Positions 25,159-38,300 of a DNA stretch of 64,000 nucleotides are shown in pieces (position 1 is the stretch's first letter; each line of letters starts with the position of its first letter). The notes under the pieces were generated by a model. That model was given only the letters and a program-made list of their open reading frames with translations. It was not told where the DNA came from and made no database searches. Origin of the DNA: Tubulanus polymorphus. Its lineage: Eukaryota; Animalia; Nemertea. The stretch is taken from contig NC_134026.1 of assembly GCF_964204645.1 (NCBI RefSeq), positions 8,889,950 to 8,953,949 on the forward strand. Direction: 5' to 3'. A program made the position numbers and the translations under genes.

Positions 25159-25646
25159 ACAGTCAACCTCGCTTAATTCGTCATCGGTTAATTCGTATCA
25201 AAATGAAAGGTCCCGAATTTTCCTGCGTTATTCCCTTTGATTTTCATTGGATAATTCTTAAATCGTAGCCATGTCCACGGTCCCTTTTCTTAAATCAGTT
25301 GAAAATTTGACCTGTAATTCGTATCCCATTGTCCCACCTGCTGGCAGTGATTTGGTGTGGCAAGCTAATCAATTACTCCTCAGTCTATCGGCACTGAGCG
25401 TGCCGTATTTTCCCGCCAGTCAAGTCTAAACAGTGAATGGCCATGGTACGCGGCGTTTGTTCCAATGGCATTGGAACAAACGCCGCCATTGGCCAATGGC
25501 AGGTTTTAATTTATAGTTTATACAAATTAATAGCCGATAAATCGCTAATTCTACGAATTATAAATAATTCATAGCAAATAAGAATTACGTATTATCTGTA
25601 TAAAACAAACAGTACCAAGAGATACAAATTAAGCGAAGTTGACTGT
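25159..25646. mobile_element. Tc1/mariner-type MITE (TA TSD)
   Basis: TA|CAGTCAACCTCGCTTAATT ... AATTAAGCGAAGTTGACTG|TA, with a central palindrome at ~25452-25484. Confidence 0.75.
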
Positions 25647-26307
25647 AGTTTTCTTTTGAAGACAAGTCGGAATAAAATCTTGTCTGATTTATGGTACAAT
25701 ATTATGGTGTTCTGTCCCGCCTATGGTATCACCTATCAACTAACTACAAAGTGGCTATCACAATGATATGAATATATACAGGGTACATATTTAGCACTAG
25801 ATTAAAACATTTGACAGAATCCTTGATGTACCACGAGATCGGTATCATCGATCAGTTTTAACTTCACCCTGGGTTATCTGAATTTAACTACGGATTGAAT
25901 TCCATACATTTCTAACTCCCAACTGTGGAACTGGATGCGAGTAAAATTTATGTTTTATAATGCATTGGCAGAATAGAGAACAGCAGTATCTTCCTCCAAA
26001 TATCTACCCTGTATATACATGTACATATTTGTACAGACAAACTCACTCGAGTCATCATAGCTGAAACAATCATTAGGTTGGAGACTGACACTTCCTAAAT
26101 TAAATTGGAAAGAAATACAAATATTGGGACTCAAAAATAGATGACGACTTAGCCAGGTTCCACCGTACTTTCAAAAACCTAAAAGTCACGAAAGAGGGGT
26201 TCCATTCGAGCCGGGAGGAACACCCGCGGCGAATAATCTCGGTTTTTCCATTAAACGATAAGTAGTTGAACACAAAATATTTTCTATAACCTAAAGTTCG
26301 GACGTCG

Positions 26308-29300
26308 TCAATCGTCGTCATCGCTGAAATCTTCGGGATCGGGGATCGGAAATCGAAGGATTGCAGCTACGCCGGATAGTTGTCCTAGTTCTATGATAGA
26401 ATAGAAAGAAAAAACAATCTGAAGTTTTATCGCGGTAGCCGGCATCTCTTAACGACGTATGTCTAGCCTGTGTTTAGGTTACGCAGCATTTTATTTAGCA
26501 GTTGGCATTTAGTTGTCGTGGAATAAACTGAGTTGAAATCGCCTTCGAAGCAATCGCAAGCTATGGGCATGTCATCTTTTCAGCTCAGTCTTTGTGAGAT
26601 TCTTCAGTATGTCTTGTCTCTCTTGGACTAAATCTGAAATTGCTTTACTTACGTTCACCAGATACATGTAAACTAGAAAATATCTTGACATCTCCGGCAT
26701 TATCTCTTACGCTATCGACGAGCGCGACATAGCGTTTTCGTTTCTCCAAGTCACTAGATCTGAAATGTGCTATTTTTGATGCAATGCGAATCTCATAATT
26801 GCGGCAGTGGTCGGAGACGTTATACGGGAGCGGATGTCGAAAAATTCAAGGCCGAGGTCCAGTACAAAAGTAAAGGCATTTTCTAGATATAGAGGCAGCC
26901 ATGTCAAATGGCACTAGGGTCCCACTTTAGATATCTTAGAAGAAGGCGAAACGCGTCCTCCCCAGCAGGGATTTGAACCTGATGGCATCAAGGCTCACCA
27001 AAGTACGAAACCCCGCCACGCTAGACCGAGTGCGCAGCTACATTGATATCATTTAGCCAATCAGATTTCCTGTTTGATGTCATTTAGCCAATCAGATATC
27101 CTGTTTTATTTTAGCCCGTGTTTTTCCATCCATAGTTCTTCCGTGAAAAATCTCTTCAGCGATATACAATGAGCAATCTGATTGGTGCTGCAAGTTTTTG
27201 TGCGGTAAACCTGCGCATGCACCTGTGCACCCGGTCTAGTGTGGCAGGGGTTTGTGGCTGTCTAGCGATCCCATCAGGTTCGAATCCCTTCTGAGGATGG
27301 CAAAAGGTTGCAATTTCTCAGAGGATGTGAACAAATTTGCACATTTTACAATCTCTGTTTTGATGAAAAGGGCAACCCTCATGGGAAGGTACGGTCCGGC
27401 CCCCGAGACCACCACCTAGATCTGCGCCTGGTTCTGTAGTAAAATCGTTGTGGGTGGACTTACCTAAATAATTCATCGGATACGAGCAATGTTTCTATCG
27501 CTTGAGCTTCATTGGCAATTTCTACATGATTGATGCTGAAAAGATAATCGTGTAATAAGAAGATATTTGGGTTTTGTTAAGAAATAATTCTAATCATGTT
27601 ACACCAGTAAATCATGTTAACAGGGCAGCGATTCATGAAAAAAAGTCAAAGTAATAGTATTCTGTTGAAATGCAGTTCATGAAAATTACTGATCAAACCA
27701 AGCGCAGACTTCTCTTGAAAAATGGGCCCCCGAAATGTAACGCTTACCCGTAGAATGCTCTGTTACTATCGGTTTGAAGCATTTGATAGAAATCATCTAA
27801 AGCCTTCACTTCACCGGCTGCTTTAGTATCGGCTAATTTACTAACAACTCCAGAATCACACAGCACCTCTATCAATATCGAAACATAAAACACGACGTGT
27901 CACGATCAATCAAAACTTTAAAATACTGTCAAACCCCCTAAAATGCTCGCCTGTTACCCAACAGTGGGCGGAAGCTTTCCTTGATTTCTAGGGTTGGGGT
28001 CACTGGTCAAGATATAGGTGCAGTCTATATAAGTTAAGTCTAGTAGCAGCTGATCCATTTATACCATTATGAAATGACACAAGTGCACTGACTCAGCAGT
28101 CAGAGTTGCCATAACTGCCACTGAAAAATCTGGTATTATTTTTTTCAAAGCGAGTACCAAAGGTGCAAAGCCTCAATGGGGTTTTTGGGGCCCTCCAACG
28201 AGAGTGTGATATTATGCAGATTGGAACCAAATATTTCCGAATTAAGCAGCACTGACTATATATCATCAATTGAGCGGTCTTGAAGAGGTCTTTTCATGGG
28301 CAAATATCAACTCTGAACTTGATTCCAGCATAGGCCTACCTTTCAATGAATGTTTGAAGCCGGATGAAGTGTGCACCATTATGAATTTGGATTTGTTTTC
28401 CATGAAGATCTTGTAGTCCATTTTAATCGCCTGTTGAAACATGTATTCGCAGAACTGATCCTGAAATTTAAAACCGGGTTCAATCATCTGTTAATCTGTT
28501 AAAAGAGAAATGGAAACCGAAGGTCGCAGAGAACCATCTAAGTGAACGTTACCTTAACGAATCCAGGACTACCAACTAGTACACACTTCACCACTGAAAT
28601 AGATTCGAATTGAAAATGTTGAAAAGTTTAAATGTTGAAACGTTTAATATCTAAGTATCTCGACGACCATGCAAATATCCACAAACTGTCCTTACCATCG
28701 AAATTGACGTGTCTTTGTACGGCTTGTATTACTTGGTCGTAAAACCTTTTTAATCCCTGGAAGAAAACACATACTGGTACACGCAAATGCATAGCTTATA
28801 TTCTCAAATAATGAAACTATAAGCTGAACATTAGTAGACTACGCCAGTCAGGCCTTTGGGACTACGAAAGTTTGTGCAACTTTAGTGATATATATTTTGT
28901 ATACAATCTGGGACAGGTCTAGGAAAATTCAAAAGCCTGCACCCAGAAGAAAAAAGCCATTTCTTGGATATAGCAGCCAAGTCAAAGGTCTTTATTGGGG
29001 TTCCCCATGGCTCTGCCTTGGTTTTAGATAAGAAAAACATCCAAAAGGTTTCCAAGAGGATATCTGTCAAATTTATAGGTTTTAACGACATCTTTCTTGA
29101 GAAAAAGGGCCACCTCAATGAGAAGGCAGGGGTCCAGACCCCAGAGACCACATCTTAAATCTACCCCTGATACACAGTGCCACAAACATGTTAAACTAAC
29201 AGTTATCCGAGTTGATCTGACGTGACTTGAGAGTAATTCACCGTACTTGAATTTGACATACCTTGTCGTGTTGCGAACAAGACCCTCTACGTTTTCTTGG

Positions 29301-32300
29301 AATGCTGACTTCGATCTTGGCGCGAACTAACGTCATACTGCCGGTGACTAGGCAAACGTGGGCTATTCCTTCCTGCATGATAACCGCTGCAAGGTCGGCG
29401 GATTGCGTCGGATCCGTCGCCAATTCTGTGAAATAGATACCGAAGTAAGTTGTATAGGTAAAGAATATCATGTTTTAAGAAGTTGTTATTTCTTGTTTTC
29501 GTTGAGGAGCTTCAACTTTCTCATGAAACCGGACGTATGCCCTATGATTAGTTGAGAGGTCCAAAACTGAACTAAGCCTTATCCAGGGTTCATTGTGCCA
29601 CTGCTGGCCCAAATGCAGTGTTCCTGTTATGCCGAATTCACTGCCAACTGCAGCAACTTTCTAAGAAATGAGCTAATTTTTGAGCTAGTTACCATATATG
29701 CGACACTAATACTATTTTGATTAGTTGAAGCATGGATTTTACAGTAGAACTCGCTTAATTTGGATCACCTGCGAACAACAGCGATCGTTTTGTTTTGAAT
29801 AGTCAGCACCTTACAAAAAAAAACCTTATAAAAATTGTTTTGCAAATCATCAAAATCTTCTAGATTGCGCATGCGTGTCAGTGGCAAAATCAAAATGATA
29901 ACTAAAATTTGGATTTTTCTTTATTCTGGCGTTCGTTCCATAATATTACTCCCATTACCGTACAGTGCTGCCATCTCTCCATAATCATTTTATAGGTTTT
30001 TATTTTCGATTTTTAGTGACTTTTTTCGGAAAATGATGGTTTTTAGTATGCAGGCGCGGATCTAGGGAGGGGGCCCGGCCCCCTCCCTCCTTTAAATGAA
30101 GATCGTTTTTTATGCTTTAGTTGATCAGCAGCAGAAAAGGGGAAAGTATTTGTCATGAATTCTTGCTTCAGAATGCAGGAAATAGCCCCAAAACAGAGTT
30201 AAATTTCAAAAATTTTCTGGGGGAGGACCCCCAGACCCCCGCACGGGCTAGGAACGTCTCGCACCTACGCTGCTCGGTGTCAATACAGTATCATCATAGC
30301 TACATTTACTAGGTGGTCCCCCCCTAAATTGGGCTCTAGATCCGCCCCTGGTATGGTCAGCCATATGTATCAAAATGGCCGCTATGGGATACCAAATGTC
30401 AAAATTATGAAATAATATATTCACAATTAGTCTTATGTGTTTCATATGTGAAAAATAGATCAATTGCAATTATTTTTTCAAAAAGTCAAATTTTGACAAA
30501 AGGGCTCAGCACAGGGCAAACACAGGCCTCAGCAGTGAAAGGGTTAAAGTCCTGACGCGAAGTGCTTTCTAGAAAAGTAACTGCAATGAGATTAGAGGTT
30601 TCAAGTAGCTTCCAGACAAAATCTTGAAGAATTATGAGCTTTTTGTTTAAAATTATCTACCTCGTCTTGTAAGAATGTGCCCTTCTTTGGGCATGGACAA
30701 ATTTTTTTTTAAAGGCACAAGATTTTTGCGCAGAAGTACATGCCTACGGTGCTATCGTCTTATTCCGAGCATGATTCCTCTAGTTATCAATCATCACACA
30801 GCAGCCATCTGAGAATAACACGCGTGTTTTTGTGTAAAACCTAGATCGGCTGTGGGCTAGTCAGTGGGCCATTTTTTCCTTTGCTGTATCCAGCTGTGAG
30901 GCTACGCGAGGGCCCCTTTACAAAACAATCAATACATACCTATGCGGTCCAGGGCAACGCTATCCCAGTAACGTTTAGCCAATGTAAAACTTCGGTTCAA
31001 CTCTAAATCTACAGTATGGTAAGCACCCATCTGCAACGAAAAAAATCAATTTCAATGCATTTGTAACAGGAAGAAATATCTGTCCTTCCCGAGATTCGAA
31101 CTCCCGATGCCTGGCGTCCAAGGCAGATGCTCTACCGTTGAGCCAAGGGGAATATTACCGCTAGCTGAGCTAGTAGGAATGCTGTTATACACCCTGTCAC
31201 ACTCACCCCTTCTTGGAAAGACACGTCCTCGTGTCGTGATTCCCTAAGGTGATTGACATTACCACTCATGACGACTGTGGGACGACATGAACTTGGACCC
31301 AGAGATATCGCAGAGACGGACGAGCCCCCAAATGTAACAGGAAGAAATATCTGTCCTTCCCGAGATTCGAACTCTCGATGCCTGGCGCCCAAGACAGACG
31401 CTCTACCGCTGAGCCAAAGCATCCTCCACCGGCAGGGATTCGAACCTGATGGCATCGAGATTGCCACGGCACGAAACCCTGCCATAATCGACCGTGTGCG
31501 CAGATACATGCGCAGTTCAGATGATGTGATTTTTAGCCAATCAGAAATCCCGTTTTATTTTAGCCCGGGTTTTCCCATTTATAGTTCTTCCTTGAAATTT
31601 GCCTCAACGATTATACAACGAGCAATCTGATTGGTGCCGCCAGTTTTCGTTCGGAAAGCTGCGCATGTACCTGCGCACCCGGTCTACTGATACAGGGGTT
31701 CGTGCCGTGGGTGAGTGTAGCGATGCCATCAGGTTCGAGTCCCTGCAGAGGGAGGATGAGCCAAAGGGAATATTCCTGCTAGCTGCTAGTAGGAACGCTG
31801 TTATACACCCTGTCACACATTCATGAGAATAAGTTCAAAAATATGATTATCATAATCATTATCATCCTTTTTAACTTCACACCTTAAAATGAAAAAAAAA
31901 TGTTTCCTATGGAAAAATGTAAAATATAAAAATAAAAAATATAAAAATCTTCAGAAAGCATAGAATTTCAGCTTCTTTTCCAGCTTATATCTAGAGAGAA
32001 TATAACGACTACAATCATTCTACATCATTTTCACGATGAAACTTTTATTCGATTAGATTTATATTTGACTTTATACACTTTTCACTTGCAATGGGGACAG
32101 GAAAACATAGAGAATCTCTACACCATTGCCAGTGACGATGTTATCTCGTCATTGAGTTTTTTTTATACAAAAATACATCAGTGTATTGATTTATCAATGT
32201 ACAAACAATGCTGGAAGCATATAAAATGCATGTCGTCAAAAATTAGCATCGGCAATGGCGACCGGACCAAAACCGCAGTTGTGACTAGGAATAGGATCTA

Positions 32301-35300
32301 TTTAGACATAGATATTGTGGCACTTATTTCAAAAATAATTTAATCAGTTTGTTCATTGATTAGTGTCAATCTGAGTATGATGCCCCTAGTCTCAACTTGT
32401 ATTGTCTCTGGTTGAGACTGCCCATCGTAGCTATATAATTCTCTAGCGGGAAACATATTGTACTGTCTTTGTTTTTGTTTGAGTATCATGTATGTGTATA
32501 AAATGTGATGTGTAATGGGCTGAAGGGAAGAAATTATACGATTGTAGACCGAGTTGGATCTCCGACCTTGGATCAAGAATAAAACTGCTATACCGAATAT
32601 TCTACATCAGTTGTCTGTCCCTTGCAACTATATAGAAATCCGAGTTGCTACACGGTCTCTTTCTGTAGCCCCGGAACATCAGTACTTTGTTCCAAGCAGG
32701 TTTCAATTGTTTTTTAAAGGACATACCAAGTATAAGCATAGATCACGAGAATGAACCAAATTAATATGCCGTAAGACCAGCTCATCTCTATTTCGAGGTC
32801 AAATATGCGTTGAAGGGAATCGGACTTACGAAAATATAATGGCTACTTCACTGAAGTTCTACAGCGGATTTTCGCGCAGAAATATTCACGAATTTCTCGT
32901 CCGAGTAAAAGATATATGTAGAAATTTATCACATAGTTACAAAAACAGAATTGAGTGAAAATGTCCAATAGCAGTTCTCTCCGTTTCTTCGAGAATGGTA
33001 AAAATACAGTCACAGCGGACGGAAGTGTGAATATTGCAAATGCGAGTGAAACTGTTACGAGCATTATTGTCGTACGTTTTGATTTTGTAGTTTTCTGATC
33101 AGACGAAATCATTTTTGAACCTCTGAATAACTGGATTATTATAACAGAATTTGACGCTAGAATAAAAGTCAAAGGTATAATGATCACGTGTATGACGATT
33201 ATGATGAAATATCTTATTTGGTCGAATAATTCAAAGTAACATCTGAAAAACTGTTCGGAAAATTGAATCGAAAAAGTTGGAAGAAGATACAGAACCAGTG
33301 CATTCACTGCAGTAATGATCAATATAGCAAATCTAGCGAATCTCGGTGTACATATCAAACGAGATGTGAATGGAAAGAGTACAACTGCCGCACGTTCTAG
33401 AGATACTATTAACCACGAACTATTGCCGTTTACAAGTGCCATTATGAATTCATAAATTTGACAACTGATCAGTGAATTCATGATGAATATAGGACCATCT
33501 TCAACGTGGAAGAGGACAAACTGCAAAACAGGCATCAGTGTAAAATGCATGCAAAATGTGTAATCACAGAGAGCCAACACGATAAGATAGTTAGCGTAAG
33601 ATAAACTGCGGAATCTGCGACTTATCATTATCAGGAAAGTAGCCGAATTTCCGAAGGCTCCAAACAGAAACACGATAGGCAGAACAACTAGAGACACAAT
33701 TAAATAGGTTCCAGACTTATTTACCACTGACATAAGAACTAAGTCACTGTTATATGATCGACCAATTTGCATTGGAGACGAATTCATGCTTCATGAGGCT
33801 TAAATAAGAGTGTACTGACTGTCTGTGAGTGTACTGACAAACTGATAGTATCTCCTTGTCTATTGGGAAAAAGTCTTACACACAGTTTTATCTATTTGTT
33901 CTATCATCTACAGTTCTATCAAATCTATCTATTTGCAAGATTTATTGCTCGCATCAAATATAAAGAGACAATTCTCCGCAAACTAACACGATTTACTTAG
34001 ATTTAATGAAAGTTCATCATGGTGTACCTAACTAAATCAAATTCAAATATTCATTTTACCTCATTGTAAATGAATAAGTAAAATCAGAGGGATAGTGCTT
34101 TATAGGTTAACCCTTTCATTACGTGGTACACTTCGCTTTGTGGTACACGGTCACCGGTGACCCGCATTTTCATAGAGAATTTTCATAACACCCATGCGCT
34201 ATCTAGCCCAAAACCTTGTATTTCAGCTACTTCGTACAAACAGTCGTTTCTTGATATATTTAGTGGATCAATAATAATTAATATATTCCTCTAATTGCGC
34301 GGACTACCTTGCTACACTAAACAGAAGCCCCATGGAGCTTGACGCAGCAGCTTCACAATTTCATATTTCAAATATGCTAGAAGGGCATATCTAGGAACGA
34401 ATCGACGGATACAAGAACATTGAAAACGGCAAGTAAAGAATCCACGCAGCCAAAACCAAGGGTCTAAAAATGTGATATTTCAGTGCAATTTTATACTATT
34501 TCTATGTACTGAGACGTAGCGGTCTTATTAGTTGCTGGTCGTGGAAAAAGTGCCCTGAAAAATATTGCCACTGTATTTTCAAAACGGCGTAGGAAAATAC
34601 ATCGCGACTGGAGCAAGTGCTCTTGGGTGCTCCCATCTGGATCCGCCACTCAGGTCTTTAGTTCATTTCCATGCAGAAACTTTCGGAAATATCAAGATAG
34701 GAATAACCTTAAAGGGTGATGGAAACACATCATGTTCAGAGGGGGTTCCGTGCAATATATACTTAAACAAGTAAGAAATCCTAAAAGATGGGCTTGCTGA
34801 CACGGTTGTACTGAAAGCTTTCGTGGCTTTGTATTTCTGTAGTAGAATTAATTGAACTTTGAACCGATTACTTTTTGTCTATATAAAAAGCTAAAAAGAT
34901 CGGTGCTGTCTTACAATCGTAACATGAAATGTTACACCCGCGGACTGGGAATTGGAATGGTTTTATTCATAGACGTCGACTAATTTAGTGCCAGCTTTTA
35001 AGCGGGCCGCACACTAGCGTCAAAGTCGCCGCAACAACTACGCCACAGCAATTTACCAACGGCATTGATGCTAAAAACTTTTCCCGCACACTAGCAGCAA
35101 TGAAGCAGCTTCGAGTGTTGTATCTGCAACGATTGTATGTCACGTGGCAAATTAATCAATAATATGATCTCCACGCATGCGCATTGAAACTCAATCCGGC
35201 TAAATCATGCGGCCTTGCCACAGAATTAGGCGCGCTCTCGGGCATACTTGCTGTGCCTAGTCAAAAATATCAAACATGTCGGCATCAAAGCCGTGTTGCA

Positions 35301-38300
35301 GCGCTAGCGTGCGAGGGGCTATAGATGGTTGTTATTTGAATATTGTGGCGTCATTTCGGAATCTATCATATGTTGATAATTGCTAGATTACCTGAAGATT
35401 GTGTCAAAATAATTTGCCGTCTAGAAAAATTTACAGCTGAAAGAAAAATCGTGACTAATTCAAGTCTCTGCCATCAATTCAAATGGCCACTAGATAATTG
35501 TGATTTCAGGTGAAGAGAAGCAAAAACGAAAATAGATTGGACCCACGATCTATCTATCTATGCCTGAATAGCATGGTTTCGGTAGGATTTGAACCCGCAA
35601 CCTCTCGATTGTGAGTCGAACTTTTTATCCACCGAGCTACAGCACAAATTTGACAATCATATAGAGAGAGCGCTGACATGCAAAAAATCACTCGATACTA
35701 AACAATGCTCAAACAAAGCGAAGAGGGTCATTTCCAGTACCGGTTTTTCAAACACAATCATCTGTCTCGTACTAAAATTTGGCTTGGGCCTGTTCTGATA
35801 TGGGCCTGAAACGCTTGTATGATCGCTCTATGATCACTTTATAATTGTCAGGAAAGTGGCTGAATTACCAAACAAGAACACAATATAGGCAGAACTACCA
35901 ATGACACAGTGTGGTAGTTTCCCGATTTGTTTCATCACAAGAGAAGGATGTTACTGCTGTATGTTCCACCAGTTTGAACCTGAATACAATTCATAGTACC
36001 TGCTGTGTTCTAGTAGTGTACTTGAACTTATGGTATCTTCCCGCATATTGTAAAATTTATTCAACAATAGAGACATCACTGAAAAGTAATCATTTAATTG
36101 TAAGACTTATCTTTCACTTCAAATTAGAAATCAATTCTATGAAATCTGACGCAATCATACCTAATATGCATGTAAAATGCATGTAACTGCAAAATATGAA
36201 TGTAACTAAATTAAATATCAATATTCATTGTCATCTAATCACTCAAATGCTATGTTTCAAATGTGTCTCTTTTTAACCGCACTCCGCAACTAAACCACCT
36301 AACCACAATGGAGAATCCGGAGACGTCTAGATCATCCACGTGATCGATAAAAGATTGAAACTAGAGGCATCCGGTAATGTACGGATTTCCAAAGAGTTTG
36401 CCCCAGGGCAAGTGAGGGACTTAAATCTCGCGGTAATCAATGCTCACCTTGACATATTGGTTTTCTTGTATATTTCTTCCCTTCACGCGTAGAACGCATG
36501 CTTGCGTGTCGAAATCGATATTTTCCACCGATATCGTTAATGTCGTACGAACTTTACTACTCGCTACACTGCCCGTAGCACTTTCCGTTTGCACCTTTCT
36601 GAAAATCAAAACCGCAATAATTGAGGTCTACAAATAGTGGTACATACCCTTCCCCATGTACTAACTACTCTTCTCTCAAAATGTCCATAGGGTAATTCAC
36701 TCTAATTTCGGCCTGCCCTTAACTTCAATTTCGGCGGTCAAATTGATTATAGTCAATTCCCCAATTTCATGTGGGGCCACGAATAGACAGGGGTGGACTT
36801 CGACATACACAAAAAAAATGAAAAGGTCATAGGGGCTTACTGCTTGAAAAGGCAGTATACACAAAGAGTGAGCGGCATAGCTGGAGGCATGGTTCCCACA
36901 GTTATATAAATTCAAAATTCCCAACTTTTTCCCAAGTATTTCATGGGTGATTTTTCAATTTTCCATGGGTAATTTTTCAATTTTTCCAAATGGAAATGAA
37001 CAGACATTATCATGCTTCAGTCAACATTTTACTGGTGACTGGTTGATAAAGGTGATTTTCAAGGGAAATCGCTGAAGAAAGCCAATCTGACAAATGCAAA
37101 ATGGGAAATGTAATGAATTTCCCAAACATTTCCCTGATTTGAGGAAAATTTATCAAATTCCCAAGTATTTCCAGACCAGGAATTATTATTTCCAAATTCC
37201 CAAGTTTTTCCCAATTTCCCTGTTCAGTGGGAACCATGTGGGGGGTCACGAAAATTTCAAAATCTGAACGCAATTTCAAAATTGCAGCTGTTTTTCAAAG
37301 GCGCACAAAAAATTGTGATGCTAACATATGCTCCTTGCACTACTTGTGGATCCGCCACTTGACTCCAATATGGATCCACCACTGATCGAGTCCTGCCCAT
37401 GGGACCTGAATAAACTGATGCTCACAATTAGATTAGTTCATGAAAAATCAATTTTCATTGTTTATTTCTGAATGCAAGTCTTTCATATTCTGAACTAAGT
37501 GATATAATAGTAAATGTCATGTTCTTCAAATGTCATGTATTATCAACGAAATTAAGATCAATCGCCGCATGGGGGGGGGGGGGGGTATGACAGACAGTAG
37601 TGAACAAATTATTGGTGTTTAGCTTTAAAATAACTGGACAGATCATGAAACTAAAACACATTTAACTAGCAAGTCAAAAACATTTTTATTCGCCTATTCG
37701 TACGAGGTGCGAACCACCAGGATAACGTCCCTTTTTTACCACCTTACTAACTTACCGAATCGTAGTAGATCGTACAGAGTCTCCGACCTGCACGAGATTA
37801 TATGCATGCCACATGTCTTCATCTTCCTCAGCTATCAGCGTTACTGACCTGCAATTGAAGAATCATATAGGCCTCTGATGATAAATGAAAGAAACGAGAC
37901 CCACCACATTGAAAGTGGATATTTGACGGCACTCCGGTTTTATTTCACGAGGCCTACAAGATATTTGACCGGATAAGTGGGTTAGCCTAAGTGAGAATAG
38001 TGTTGTTGAGAGGGTGAGGAGGAGGGTCCAGGGTTATTGCAACAAGCCTCGGTGGTTTAATACCAATGGGGAGATACTGCACTCGCCTCTATCTGCACTA
38101 TTCTCCCACGTACAAGCCATTGCACGATGTGCAATAGCCTATCACACTAAGGCCATGTCCATCCTCACTTGCCAGGGGTCCGGTATCTCTCCCCGAACTC
38201 GCTTCCACCAATCCCCTGGCCTCATGATGCATGATTTCATTATTGGCGCTTTTGTGCGTGACATCATATTATAGGCTACAGGCCTATCTATATTAATTTG

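Larger units (their letters stand above)
31062..31817 (-). mobile_element. Terminal-repeat retrotransposon in miniature (TRIM) with tRNA-like LTRs
   Basis: LTRs 31062-31201 and 31333-31817 (the latter split by a MITE), each TGTAACAGG...CCTGTCACA. TSD CATT at 31058-31061 and 31818-31821. PBS TGGGGGCTCGTCCG (31330-31317) is complementary to the tRNA-Pro 3' end. PPT AAGAAGGGGTGAG (31214-31202). Confidence 0.9.

Noticed and set aside
31317-31330. tRNA-Pro gene
   Set aside because: Only the 3' 14 nt including CCA are present, next to an LTR. It is a primer-binding site.
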